64,000 nt of DNA from Dehalococcoidales bacterium (GCA_022865485.1 JALHSZ010000006.1:1999-65998); one strand, 5' to 3'. Positions 23,289 through 32,871 are shown, counted from the first letter of the stretch. Notes: a model not told the origin generated them from the sequence alone. Made by a program: numbers and translations.

Positions 23289-24782
23289 TTGGACTTTAAC
23301 TACCTGACCTGGATAATCTTCCTGCCCGCGCTGGGGGCGCTCATTATCGCCTTCCTCCCCCGCCTCTCCCCCCGCGGCGTAAGGTGGCTGGCGGCTGTCT
23401 TCACCTTCATCCCGCTGGCGCTGTCCATCTATCTCTTCACCATCTTCGACCGTTCGGCGGAAATGGCGGGGGTAATGCAGTTCGAAGAAAGCCTCTCCTG
23501 GATTCCGGCTATCGGCGCCAACTACCACCTGGGCGTGGACGGCTTGAGCCTGCCCCTGATGATACTGATGGCTTTCCTCGGCTTCCTGGTGGTGCTCATC
23601 TCCTGGAAGATTGACCTCAGGCCCCGCGAGTACTTCGCCTGGCTCCTGCTCCTGGAAACCAGCATTCTGGGCGTATTCTGCTCCCTCGACCTGCTGCTCT
23701 TCTTCCTCTTCTGGGAGATAGAGGTCATCCCGATGTACTTCCTCATCTCCATCTGGGGCACGGGCCGCAAAGAGTACTCGGCCATCAAGTACGTTATATA
23801 TACCCTGTTCGGCTCCGCCATGATGCTGGCGGGCATACTCAGCCTCTATTTCACCACCGGGTCCCTGAACATGGTCGAGATCGCCCAGGGCGGGCTGGGC
23901 ATGATTCAGACGGCTATGCCCGCGGCGGCAATCTTCTTCCTGTTGCTCACCGGCTTTGCCGTCAAGCTGCCCGTATTCCCCCTGCATAGCTGGCTGCCCG
24001 ACGCCCACACCGACGCCCCGACGGCGGTAAGCGTGGTGCTGGCGGGCGCCCTGCTCAAGATGGGCGGCTACGGCATGATTCGGCTCTGCGTCTCTATCTT
24101 CCCCGGCGTCGCCCATGACTACGCCCTTCCCTTGATAATACTGGCGGTGATAAGCATCCTCTACGGCGCAGCCGTTACTTTAAGGCAGACCGACTTAAAG
24201 AGGCTTATTGCCTATAGCAGCATCAGCCACATGGGCTATGTCCTCCTGGGCGTCTTTGCCCTGGGGCAGCTAAGCCTGACCGGCGCCGCCCTGCAGATGT
24301 TCAGCCACGGCGTCATCACCGGACTGCTCTTTGCTATGGCTGGCCTGGTAATGCATAACGCCGGCGAAAGAGACTTGAGAAAGCTGGGAGGCTTGGCGCG
24401 GCAGATGCCGATTATCGTCGTCGTCTTCTCGGTGGCGGGGGTGGCTTCACTGGGTCTGCCCACCACCAGCGGCTTCATTGCCGAGTTCCTGGTCTTTGTC
24501 GGCAGCTTCTCCAGCGGCGTCGTCCCCGGCATTCAGGTCGCCACCATCCTGGGCGTGCTGGGCATCGTCATTACCGCGGGCTATATCCTCTGGATGCTGC
24601 AGCGGGTGTTCTACGGCCCGCCCCTGAAGCAGTTCGATAAGGTCAAGGACGCCAGCGTTTTAGACCGGGTCTATATGTTCGCCTTCATCGCCGTGATTAT
24701 GCTGGTCGGCATCTACCCCGCGATTCTAACCGATGTCATCAAGATGGGCATTTCGCCTATAGTGGGGTTATTAGGTGGTTAA
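23289..24782 (+). CDS. nuoM: Complex I subunit M
   Basis: LGVDGLS, FAVKLP.FP.H.WLPDAH, LKMGGYG. Confidence 0.97.
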   Translation: MDFNYLTWIIFLPALGALIIAFLPRLSPRGVRWLAAVFTFIPLALSIYLFTIFDRSAEMAGVMQFEESLSWIPAIGANYHLGVDGLSLPLMILMAFLGFLVVLISWKIDLRPREYFAWLLLLETSILGVFCSLDLLLFFLFWEIEVIPMYFLISIWGTGRKEYSAIKYVIYTLFGSAMMLAGILSLYFTTGSLNMVEIAQGGLGMIQTAMPAAAIFFLLLTGFAVKLPVFPLHSWLPDAHTDAPTAVSVVLAGALLKMGGYGMIRLCVSIFPGVAHDYALPLIILAVISILYGAAVTLRQTDLKRLIAYSSISHMGYVLLGVFALGQLSLTGAALQMFSHGVITGLLFAMAGLVMHNAGERDLRKLGGLARQMPIIVVVFSVAGVASLGLPTTSGFIAEFLVFVGSFSSGVVPGIQVATILGVLGIVITAGYILWMLQRVFYGPPLKQFDKVKDASVLDRVYMFAFIAVIMLVGIYPAILTDVIKMGISPIVGLLGG

Positions 24783-24804
24783 AGGAGTGTAGTGTAGCTA
24801 AGCG

Positions 24805-26292
24805 ATGTTCAGTGAAACGGTTTTTACGCCGCTGTTTTTGCCGGAATTGACCCTGCTGGTCTCCGCCGTCGTGGTCATTCTGCTCGACCTGTTCGTCAAG
24901 CGCAAGTGGTGGCTGGCGGCGGTCAGCATCGCCGGTATCGTCGTCTCGGCGGGCTTCGCCATAGCCATGTGGGGCGGCGATTCGCAGTCCATCTTCTTCG
25001 GCATGATGGCGGTGGATAACTTCGCTATTTTCTTTAAGTTATTGTTCTTGGTCATCGCCGCCCTGGTCATACTGGCCTCGACGGATTACGTCGCCAAGTT
25101 TGCTCGTTTTCAAGGGGAGTACTACGCTTTAGTGCTGCTCTCGGCGCTGGGCATGATGCTCATGGCGGCAACCACCGAGCTCATCTCCATCTATATTGCT
25201 TTAGAGCTCACCAGCATCTCCCTCTATATCCTGGTCGGCTTTCTCAAGGACCCCAAGTCCACCGAGGCTTCATTGAAATACCTGTTGCTGGGGGCGGTGG
25301 CTTCGGCCATCCTGCTCTTCGGCATGGCGCTGGTCTTCGGCTTTACCGGCCAGACACAGCTGGGAGAGATTGCCGCGGCTATCCAGTCCCTGTCGCTTTC
25401 GGGCGTTGTGTCCAGCCCCGGCCTTATGCTGGGCATAGTATTAATGATAGCCGGCTTCGGCTTCAAGATTGCCGCCGTCCCCTTCCACATGTGGGTGCCC
25501 GATGTTTATGAGGGGGCGCCGACACCGGTCACCGCCTATCTCTCGGTAGCCAGCAAGGCGGCTGGCTTTGCCGTTATCCTGAGGGTGTTCTACTCCGCCT
25601 TCGGGATTCCATCCTGGCTGAGCCTGGACTGGATGTTAATCTTCGCCATCCTGGCTGCGGTCGGCATGACGGTGGGCAATATCATCGCCCTCACCCAGAC
25701 CAACATCAAGCGCATGTTAGGTTATTCCAGCATCGCTCAGGCGGGCTACCTCATGGTGGGCTTGGCGGCGGTGAGCTTTCTTTGGGAATCAAGCTATCGC
25801 GGGACCGTTACCGGGCAGGGCGGCTTGCTTTTCTTCCTGGCCAGCTATGCCCTGACCAACCTGGGCGCCTTCACCGCCATCATCGCCATCTCCAACAAGC
25901 TCGATAGCGACCTGATTGCCGACTATTCGGGGATGGGCAAACGGGCGCCGCTTTTGGCTCTAGCCCTGACCCTCTGCCTTATCTCCCTGATTGGCATGCC
26001 CCCCGCCGCCGGCTTTATGGCCAAGTTCTATATCTTCAGCGGGGCGGTACAACAGGGCCTGCTCTGGCTGGTGATTATTGCCGTCATCAACAGCGTCATC
26101 TCCGCCTACTACTATCTACGGGTGGTCAAGGTGATGTGGTTGGGCAAGCCCGCCTCCGCGACCAGGGTGCCCTCCTCCATCGCTTTGAGGGTGGCTTTAG
26201 CCATCTCCTGCCTCGGCGTCCTGGTGCTGGGCATTATCCCCGGTTTCGTGATGAAGCTCGCCGAGATGGCGGCTCAGATGTTCGTCTCCTAA
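24805..26292 (+). CDS. nuoN: Complex I subunit N
   Basis: EASLKY, FKIAAVPFHMWVPDVYEGAPTP, KRMLGYSSI. Confidence 0.97.
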   Translation: MFSETVFTPLFLPELTLLVSAVVVILLDLFVKRKWWLAAVSIAGIVVSAGFAIAMWGGDSQSIFFGMMAVDNFAIFFKLLFLVIAALVILASTDYVAKFARFQGEYYALVLLSALGMMLMAATTELISIYIALELTSISLYILVGFLKDPKSTEASLKYLLLGAVASAILLFGMALVFGFTGQTQLGEIAAAIQSLSLSGVVSSPGLMLGIVLMIAGFGFKIAAVPFHMWVPDVYEGAPTPVTAYLSVASKAAGFAVILRVFYSAFGIPSWLSLDWMLIFAILAAVGMTVGNIIALTQTNIKRMLGYSSIAQAGYLMVGLAAVSFLWESSYRGTVTGQGGLLFFLASYALTNLGAFTAIIAISNKLDSDLIADYSGMGKRAPLLALALTLCLISLIGMPPAAGFMAKFYIFSGAVQQGLLWLVIIAVINSVISAYYYLRVVKVMWLGKPASATRVPSSIALRVALAISCLGVLVLGIIPGFVMKLAEMAAQMFVS

Positions 26293-26303
26293 CCCCCCAA
26301 TTC

Positions 26304-26349
26304 TGTCATTGCGAGGAGTCCTTCCGCTGAAGGAGGACGAAGCAATCTC
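26304..26349 (+). repeat. GTCA-headed REP-like palindrome (family A)
   Basis: TGTCATTGCGAGGAGTCCTTCCGCTGAAGGAGGACGAAGCAATCTC. Confidence 0.85.
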
Positions 26350-26358
26350 ACCGATTAG

Positions 26359-26495
26359 CCCCCACCCCCCAATTTTATCTATTCCCGCCCGCCGCCCTTT
26401 TAAGGTAAAGAGGGGGCAAAGCCCCCTCTTAAACACCACCAAATAAGGAGTCGAAAAGGGGTCTAACCCCGATTGGGTGGGTAGGGTGGGAAAAC
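26359..26495 (+). repeat. Family-B composite repeat with hairpins and G4 motif
   Basis: First half nearly identical to 63763-63836; second half matches the reverse complement of 63655-63707; ends GGGTGGGTAGGGTGGG. Confidence 0.85.
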
Positions 26496-26604
26496 AAACG
26501 CACGCTAGATAAGGAGGGGTTGTGTGGCGTCACCCATGCCCCCTTCCTTATCGGGAAAACTTGTTGTATAGTTATGCTTAATCCTTAACCTAAGGAGGCT
26601 TGAA

Positions 26605-27036
26605 ATGTTGTTATATCTCTTCCTGCTGGCGGCTATCGTGCTCATCATCCTGGCGGTAGTCAAGCTGGGCAGCATCGCCTTCCAGCTTACCGGCATGGAG
26701 CCCAGGATGGCCATGTTCCAGGCTCTATCCGCCTTCACCAACACCGGATTTACCACCAGCGCCTCCGAAGATGTGGTAAAAAACCGCAAGAGGCGGGTGG
26801 TAGCCTCAGTTTTAATCGTCATCGGCTATATCGGCATCGTCGGGGTGATTGTAACCCTGGTGCGCTCCTTCGCCGTTGAGGAGGGCGAATGGCTGCCCGT
26901 CTTGAGACGGCTGGTCTTTATCCTGCTCGGCATATACGCCCTCTATTTTGTCTTTATCTTCAGCCCCCCCGGACGGAAGCTGGGCAGGAGATTTGCCCGC
27001 TATCGGGAAAGGAAGAACAAGGCGGGGAAGGAATAA
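26605..27036 (+). CDS. Small membrane protein with K+-channel-like pore segment (no TrkA-C domain)
   Basis: LTG....A.FQALSAFT.TGFTT..SE.VV....RR motif. Confidence 0.65.
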   Translation: MLLYLFLLAAIVLIILAVVKLGSIAFQLTGMEPRMAMFQALSAFTNTGFTTSASEDVVKNRKRRVVASVLIVIGYIGIVGVIVTLVRSFAVEEGEWLPVLRRLVFILLGIYALYFVFIFSPPGRKLGRRFARYRERKNKAGKE

Positions 27037-27097
27037 TCGGGGCTTTGCCCCCGACCTCTCCCATATGTTATGATTGCCCTGTATAAGGAGGGGGAAA

Positions 27098-27955
27098 ATG
27101 TCAGCAACGTTAAAGAAGTTATTACTGCTATCCCTGGCGCTGGTCCTGTCCTTCACCCTGGTCGCCTTCGTCGGCTGCAAGGCACTGCCTCAGGAGGAGA
27201 TGGACCAGATAATCGCCGACGCCGTCGCCGCCGGCTACTATACCGTCAGCTTCGATATGGACTTTCCCATGACGATAACGGCGGAGGGCGGCTCCGACCC
27301 GGGCACGATGACGGCCGACACGAGCGGCACGGGTGCCATAGACACTATCAGCCAGGCGATGAGGATGACCCTGACCATGGCCATTGGCGCACCGGGCACG
27401 GAATCTCAGAACGTGAGCGCCGAAATCTATGTCGTCGAGGGCTGGATGTACACCGGTGCGAGCATCACCGACGAGGGCATGCAGTGGGCGAAGATGGCGT
27501 TAACCGAGCCGCTGTGGCAGCAGCAGGACCAGGTCGGGCAATATGCAGAACTGCTGGCGACGGCCGTCGAGGTCAAATATAAGGGCACCGAGACGGTAAA
27601 CGGCGTCGAATGCTACGTTTTCGAGCTAGAGCCCGATATGGATACCTTGGGCGACCTGCTGGTTACGGTGACATCGAGTCTGGGCTTAGTAAACTTGAGC
27701 GGCCTCGACCTGGCTGCGCTCTACCAGGAACTATCGGTCAAAGAATGGCTGGCTAAGGACAGCCACCTGTTGCAGAGGACAGAGATTGAAATAGTCATGG
27801 AAATCAGCCCCGAAGATGTCGGCGCCACCAGCGATGATTTCGAAAAGATGACCATGGATATCGGAATGACCATGCGCTTCTACGCCTACGACCAGCCCTT
27901 CACCGTGGTACTGCCCCCCGAAGCGCTGGCTGCCGAAGAGGTGACCATACCCTGA
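27098..27955 (+). CDS. Acidic lipoprotein, LolA/LppX-like beta fold
   Basis: Signal peptide with lipobox FVGC; E.VNG.ECY and YDQP..V.LPPEA motifs; ATG at 27098 after AAGGAGG. Confidence 0.7.
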   Translation: MSATLKKLLLLSLALVLSFTLVAFVGCKALPQEEMDQIIADAVAAGYYTVSFDMDFPMTITAEGGSDPGTMTADTSGTGAIDTISQAMRMTLTMAIGAPGTESQNVSAEIYVVEGWMYTGASITDEGMQWAKMALTEPLWQQQDQVGQYAELLATAVEVKYKGTETVNGVECYVFELEPDMDTLGDLLVTVTSSLGLVNLSGLDLAALYQELSVKEWLAKDSHLLQRTEIEIVMEISPEDVGATSDDFEKMTMDIGMTMRFYAYDQPFTVVLPPEALAAEEVTIP

Positions 27956-27987
27956 TATTGCCCCTGGCCTTAAAGAAGGACTGACCC

Positions 27988-28098
27988 TTGAACCGGACGC
28001 GGGGCTTTGTCAACCAGAACCGCTTCAGGTCGAGCAGGGTGGTCAAAAAGCTGGGCAAGGTCAAACCTCCGAGCCCTAAAAAGGGGAAGCTGCGTTGA
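27988..28098 (+). CDS. Possible 36-aa basic peptide
   Basis: AAGGA SD, TTG start, MNRTRGFVNQNRFRSSRVVKKLGKVKPPSPKKGKLR*; TTGA overlap with the next gene. Confidence 0.35.
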   Translation: MNRTRGFVNQNRFRSSRVVKKLGKVKPPSPKKGKLR

Positions 28099-28523
28099 GC
28101 GATAAACTGCGCTGGTCCACCTTCTGGGCGCTGGTGGCGGTCTTCGTTCTCATCATCTGCCTCTTCGCCATCCCCGCCTTCGGCGAGCTGCTGGGGGGCT
28201 CCCTTTTGTTTCTGACGCCCTTCGCCCTCTTCTTCCTGCTCGGTATCGCCCTGATAATCTTTACCGTCCGGGGCGGGCTCAGCGGCTGGCTCAAGAAGTT
28301 TTTCATCCTCACCGGGGCTTCGGCGGCGGGTGTGCTGGTCAGCGTCCTGCTGCATAACCTGGTCTACGGTCTCTTCGCCCACTTCGCCGGCGCCGACTTC
28401 TGGAACGGCGGCGACGAGTTCTTTTTCTTTATCATGGCTATCGTCGTCTGCCCGCTGGGCTTCCTGGTCGGGGTGGTGGGCGCTATCATTATCGGCGCCA
28501 GGAACCGTAAGGCTTCCCCTTAA
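28095..28523 (+). CDS. Four-TM hypothetical membrane protein
   Basis: Hydrophobic helices with an LHN...E.FFF pattern. Confidence 0.7.
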   Translation: MSDKLRWSTFWALVAVFVLIICLFAIPAFGELLGGSLLFLTPFALFFLLGIALIIFTVRGGLSGWLKKFFILTGASAAGVLVSVLLHNLVYGLFAHFAGADFWNGGDEFFFFIMAIVVCPLGFLVGVVGAIIIGARNRKASP

Positions 28524-28621
28524 CCCCCCGCCTTGACACCTAAAAGGGGCGATGCTACACTTTGGGCTGCCTTAGCGGTGATTTTCGCTGTGATGACGAG
28601 CGGTAATAAAGCGGTAATAAT

Positions 28622-29449
28622 ATGAAGAAAATCGGTATTCTCTACCACCCCATGAACGACGCCGCCCGCGGCATGGCTGAGGAGGTCAAGGCTTTCCTGG
28701 CCGCCCGGGGCATATCGGCCTGGCTCTGCTCGGTATGGGAGGGCGAGCAGGCCAAGCCTCAGGTTGACGGCACCGACTTGCTCCTCACCGTCGGCGGCGA
28801 CGGCACGATTCTCAGGGCGGCTCAAATAGCCGTCGGCGCTCAAGCGCCCGTCCCCATCACCGGCATCAACCTGGGCAAGCTGGGCTTCATGACCGAACTT
28901 GGCGCCGCCGAAGTCAAAGAAAAACTGCCCGCCCTGCTCGAGGGCAAGGGCTGGCTCGACGAGCGTGCCATGCTCGAAGCCACCATTGATGCCGAAGGCA
29001 CCACCTATTACGCCCTGAACGACGTCGTGGTGGCGCGGGGGGCGGTAGCCCGTGTCGTCTATGTCGAAGCCAGCATCGACGGCAAAAAGCTGACCACCTA
29101 TAAAGCCGACGGCGTGGTGGTGGCTACCGCCACCGGCAGCACCGGCTATTCGCTTTCGGCGGGCGGCCCCATCCTCCACCCGAGGGCAAAGGAGTTTCTG
29201 CTCCTGCCCATACTGCCCCACCTCAGCCTGGGCTACAGCCTGGTCCTGCTGTCGACGGCGGTGGTCAGACTGCGCGTGGGCACCGTCCACGAAGCGACGC
29301 TGAGCATAGACGGCCACATCAATCCGCCCCTGGCTGACGGCGCCGTCATCACCGTCCGGCATAGCTCGAAATGCGCCCGTTTCCTGCGGATTCACCCCGA
29401 AAACGCTTTTTATAGCTCCCTGGAGCAAAAACTGAAAGGAAAACACTGA
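28622..29449 (+). CDS. nadK: NAD kinase
   Basis: GGDGTIL, GINLGKLGF, ALND, ADG...AT.TGSTGY.LSAGGP. Confidence 0.96.
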   Translation: MKKIGILYHPMNDAARGMAEEVKAFLAARGISAWLCSVWEGEQAKPQVDGTDLLLTVGGDGTILRAAQIAVGAQAPVPITGINLGKLGFMTELGAAEVKEKLPALLEGKGWLDERAMLEATIDAEGTTYYALNDVVVARGAVARVVYVEASIDGKKLTTYKADGVVVATATGSTGYSLSAGGPILHPRAKEFLLLPILPHLSLGYSLVLLSTAVVRLRVGTVHEATLSIDGHINPPLADGAVITVRHSSKCARFLRIHPENAFYSSLEQKLKGKH

Positions 29450-29450
29450 G

Positions 29451-29909
29451 TTGAAGATAGAAAAAGCCAAAATCAGCGACGTCCCCCAGATGCACAAGCT
29501 CATCAACTACTTCGCCGATAAGGGTGAGATGCTGCCTCGCCCGCTCAGCGAGCTATATGAAAATATCAGGGATTACTTTGTCGTCAGGCAGGGTGAGGGC
29601 GTTATCGCCTGTATCGCGCTGCATATTAGCTGGTCCGACCTGGCGGAGATAAAGTCGGTGGCGGTAGCCGAGGGCAGCCAGGAGCAGGGCATTGGCGCCC
29701 AGTTGGTCAAGGCTTGCCTTGAAGAAGCTGAGGGACTGGGTATTAACACCGTCTTTTGCCTGACCTACAAGCCAGCCTTTTTTGAGAAGTTCGACTTCAA
29801 GCAGGTGGACAAGATGGAACTGCCGCGCAAGGTCTGGACGGAGTGCTACCGCTGCCCCAAGTTCCCCGACTGCGACGAGGTCGCCCTTATCTACAACCTG
29901 GAGGTCTAG
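29451..29909 (+). CDS. GNAT acetyltransferase, short ArgA-like
   Basis: MLPR...LYE.IRD, LAEIKS.AV, LP.KVW.EC..CPKFPDCDE. Confidence 0.85.
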   Translation: MKIEKAKISDVPQMHKLINYFADKGEMLPRPLSELYENIRDYFVVRQGEGVIACIALHISWSDLAEIKSVAVAEGSQEQGIGAQLVKACLEEAEGLGINTVFCLTYKPAFFEKFDFKQVDKMELPRKVWTECYRCPKFPDCDEVALIYNLEV

Positions 29910-29910
29910 T

Positions 29911-30453
29911 TTGGCGGAAGAGACGCTATCCAGCCGGAAGGTCTTCGAGGGGCGGGCGCTGAAGCTGCGGGTCGATACCGTTAAGCTCCCCGGCGGCAAG
30001 CAGACGACCCGCGAGATTGTCGAGCACGAAAACTGCGTGGCGATTGTCGCCCTCGACGACGCCGATAACATCCTGCTGGTGAAGCAATTCCGCAAGCCCG
30101 TGGAAAAAGACTTACTGGAGATACCCGCGGGGGGCATCGACCCCGGGGAAACCCCCGAGGACGCCGTCCGCCGCGAGATGCGCGAAGAAACCGGTTTTCT
30201 CCCCCGGAAAGTGGCCAAACTGGGCGGCTTTTACTCCTCGCCGGGCTTCTGCACCGAATACCTCCACCTCTACCTGGCTGGCGACCTGGTAACCAGCCCC
30301 CTTCAGGCCGAGGACAGCGAGAGCATTAGCCTGGTGCGGGTGCCTTTGAGCCAGAGTCCGGGCTTGATTGCCTCGGGCGCTATCTGCGATGCCAAGAGCA
30401 TTGCCGGGCTGCTCGCCTTCCGGGAATACCAGAAGTCAGCCGACCTGGTCTGA
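29911..30453 (+). CDS. nudF: ADP-ribose pyrophosphatase (Nudix)
   Basis: REIVEH, QFR, EIPAG.IDPGE....A.RE..EETG, SPGFC.E; TTG start after GGAGGT. Confidence 0.88.
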   Translation: MAEETLSSRKVFEGRALKLRVDTVKLPGGKQTTREIVEHENCVAIVALDDADNILLVKQFRKPVEKDLLEIPAGGIDPGETPEDAVRREMREETGFLPRKVAKLGGFYSSPGFCTEYLHLYLAGDLVTSPLQAEDSESISLVRVPLSQSPGLIASGAICDAKSIAGLLAFREYQKSADLV

Positions 30454-30777
30454 GAGCTGGCGCCCCCCCACCAGGTGCAGGTGTAGATGGGGCACCAACT
30501 GCCCCCCCTCTTTGCCGCAGTTTATCACCACCCGGTAGCCCTTCTCCGATAGCCCTTCGTCTTCAGCCAGCTTATTGGCGACGGCGACCATGCGCCCCAC
30601 CAGCGCTGAGTCGCTTTCAGAAAGGTGAGAGAGGGCGGCGATGTGCTTGCGGGGGATAATCACTATGTGCACGGGCGCCTGCGGGTTGATGTCGCGGAAG
30701 GCGATTATCTCTTCGTCCCGATAGACGGTATCGCTGGGTATTTTACCCTCTACAATCCGGCAGAAGATACAGTCCAT
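30436..30777 (-). CDS. HIT (Hint) nucleotide-binding protein
   Basis: CIFC.I, AFRDINPQAPVH, HLHLH. Confidence 0.95.
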   Translation of the reverse strand: MDCIFCRIVEGKIPSDTVYRDEEIIAFRDINPQAPVHIVIIPRKHIAALSHLSESDSALVGRMVAVANKLAEDEGLSEKGYRVVINCGKEGGQLVPHLHLHLVGGRQLSDQVG

Positions 30778-30799
30778 TGTTCCTTCTCCTAGACCTTAT

Positions 30800-30940
30800 T
30801 GTCATTGCGAGGAGCGCCCCATTCTGTCATTGCGAGGAAGTCCTGCGCAGGCAGGACGACGAAGCAATCTCTAGGTATACTGTCATTCCCGCGAAAGCGG
30901 GAATCCAGCCTCTCTTTTCCCTTTGTCATTGCGAGGAATC
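30800..30940 (+). repeat. Cluster of GTCA-headed REP-like palindromes
   Basis: Three GTCATTGCGAGGA starts and one GTCATTCCCGCGAAAGCGGGAATCCAG. Confidence 0.88.
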
Positions 30941-30941
30941 T

Positions 30942-31487
30942 CTAGTCCTTCTTATACTCCGCCCTTCCCCGCTCGAAGAGGTCTCCCCCGTGAATGTCGT
31001 TGGCGACCACGGCCGGGAAGTTCTCCACCGTCAGCCTCATAACGGCTTCGGGCCCCAGCTCCTCATAGGCGATGACCTCGGCCTCTTTAATGGCGCTGGC
31101 GAGCAAAGCGCCGGCGCCGCCGGCAGCGGCTAAATAGACGGCTTTATATTTTTTGATAGCCTCTTTCACCTCGGCCGAACGGCTGCCCTTGCCTATCATA
31201 GCTTTAACGCCCGCGGCGAGCAGGCGCGGTGTGTAGGCATCCATGCGGCGGCTGGTGGTCGGCCCCGCCGCCCCGATGACCTTCCCCGGTGGCGCTGGCG
31301 ACGGCCCCATATAGTATATCGTCTGCCCTTCAAGCTCGAAGGGCAGCTTCGCTCCCTTATCCAGCGCCTGGATAAACCGGTAGTGGGCGACGTCCCGGAC
31401 GGTATAGATGACCCCGGAAATGAGCACGCTGGTGCCAGCGGTCAGCTTTTCTATAACCTGGGCGCTAATCGGCGACGTTATATTCAT
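30942..31487 (-). CDS. Fe-S fumarate/tartrate hydro-lyase, beta subunit
   Basis: RD.AH, GPTTS.RM, MIGKG, GGAGA. Confidence 0.93.
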   Translation of the reverse strand: MNITSPISAQVIEKLTAGTSVLISGVIYTVRDVAHYRFIQALDKGAKLPFELEGQTIYYMGPSPAPPGKVIGAAGPTTSRRMDAYTPRLLAAGVKAMIGKGSRSAEVKEAIKKYKAVYLAAAGGAGALLASAIKEAEVIAYEELGPEAVMRLTVENFPAVVANDIHGGDLFERGRAEYKKD

Positions 31488-32329
31488 AGCATCACCTCTT
31501 TATGCCGGGCGCTGTGGCACTGCAGGTTGACCGCCACCGGCAGGCTGCCGATATGGGCGGGCGAAACTTCGGCGTGCACGGCCAGGGCGGTGACGGTGCC
31601 CCCGAAGCCCATCGGCCCCACCCCCAGCGCGTTGACTCTGGTTAGCACCTCTTGTTCCAGTCGGGCGATTTCGGGGTCGGGGTTGGGCTCGCCCACCCTG
31701 CGCAGCAAAGCCTTCTTGGCCATGAGCATCGCCTTCTCCCCCGTCCCGCCGATGCCCAGCCCGATAATCAGCGGCGGGCAAGCATTACCCCCCGCCTCCT
31801 CCACCGTCTTCAGCACCAGCTCGATAATGCCCTGCTGGCCGTCGTTGGGCAGCAGCATGCCCAGCCGGCTCATGTTCTCGGCGCCGGCCCCCTTGGGCAG
31901 GACGCTAATCTTGAGCCTGTCGCCGGGGACGATTTCAGTGTGAATGACGGCCGGGGTGTTGTCTTTGGTGTTTATCCGTTCGGAGAAGGGCTGTTTGACC
32001 ATGGCTTTCCTGAGGTAGCCCTGCTCGTAGCCCCGCCGCACCCCCTTCTCGACGGCTTTATTGAGGTCGCCGCCGCTGATGTGGACGTCCTGCCCTATAT
32101 CCAGGAAGATGACAGCGGTGCCGCAGTCCTGGCAGAGGGGCAGGTTTTCCTCTCTGGCGATGCGGGCGTTCTCGATAATCTGGCTCAGGAACTCCCGGCC
32201 CAGCGGCGACTGCTCGGTCTGGTGGGCTTTTTTGAGGGCGGCGAGCACGTCTTCGCCCAAGCTAAAGTTGGAATCCTGGCAGAGCTTGGCTACGGCCCGG
32301 GTGATGGCGCTGGCTTCAATCTCTTTCAA
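31484..32329 (-). CDS. Fe-S fumarate/tartrate hydro-lyase, alpha subunit
   Basis: PLCQDCG, KG.G.EN, ACPP, G.GPMG.GG, CHSARH. Confidence 0.93.
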   Translation of the reverse strand: MKEIEASAITRAVAKLCQDSNFSLGEDVLAALKKAHQTEQSPLGREFLSQIIENARIAREENLPLCQDCGTAVIFLDIGQDVHISGGDLNKAVEKGVRRGYEQGYLRKAMVKQPFSERINTKDNTPAVIHTEIVPGDRLKISVLPKGAGAENMSRLGMLLPNDGQQGIIELVLKTVEEAGGNACPPLIIGLGIGGTGEKAMLMAKKALLRRVGEPNPDPEIARLEQEVLTRVNALGVGPMGFGGTVTALAVHAEVSPAHIGSLPVAVNLQCHSARHKEVML

Positions 32330-32348
32330 TCCCCACCCCCGACGCTAT

Positions 32349-32395
32349 TGTCATTGCGAGGAACTCCTGCGCAGGCAGGAGGACGAAGCAATCTC
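32349..32395 (+). repeat. GTCA-headed REP-like palindrome
   Basis: TGTCATTGCGAGGAACTCCTGCGCAGGCAGGAGGACGAAGCAATCTC. Confidence 0.85.
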
Positions 32396-32411
32396 CCCTA
32401 TTATACTCTTT

Positions 32412-32852
32412 TTAAGGAAGATAGCGGTCAGGTTTGCCTTCTAAACAATCTTGGCAACCTTGCATGAATCCACTATAAAATCCCCAGTTGTTTGCTTCCA
32501 CAGCTTGCTCTTTCTGCTTGTTATTGAAAGGAGCGCCATCTGGGAAGTGAGCATTAGCTACATCCTCTATCGTCCAATAACCTTTAGGGATATAGAACTC
32601 TCGGATATTGACCTGTGGGTTAAACTTCTGAGCGTCATCAACTTTGTCTGGAGGAGTCCAGAATATATCAGTCCTGTCTTTATCTTCAGCCGTCAGCCAG
32701 TATCCCCACCCGTATCCTGTCTCATAGGCGAGGGCAAAGAACGTTTCATCCTCTTCTTTTGGTAAATCTGCTGCACAGCCCGCTACCATCCCTGAAGTCA
32801 GCACCAAAATTAGCAGAATTATTATTGGGTATCGTTTCATTGCTCTTTTCAC
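32412..32852 (-). CDS. AT-rich hypothetical lipoprotein (alternative ATG at 32840)
   Basis: MKRYPIIILLILVLTSGMVAGC lipobox; base composition differs from neighbours. Confidence 0.7.
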   Translation of the reverse strand: MKRAMKRYPIIILLILVLTSGMVAGCAADLPKEEDETFFALAYETGYGWGYWLTAEDKDRTDIFWTPPDKVDDAQKFNPQVNIREFYIPKGYWTIEDVANAHFPDGAPFNNKQKEQAVEANNWGFYSGFMQGCQDCLEGKPDRYLP

Positions 32853-32871
32853 CCCACCCCTTAGACTACAC

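Noticed and set aside
24783-24797. SD followed by a GTG-TAG start-stop before nuoN
   Set aside because: Too short to distinguish from chance.
30777-31133. ORFs reading CHCEE / VIPAKAGIQ (also 40418-40600, 51712-51909)
   Set aside because: These are translations of REP repeats, not genes.
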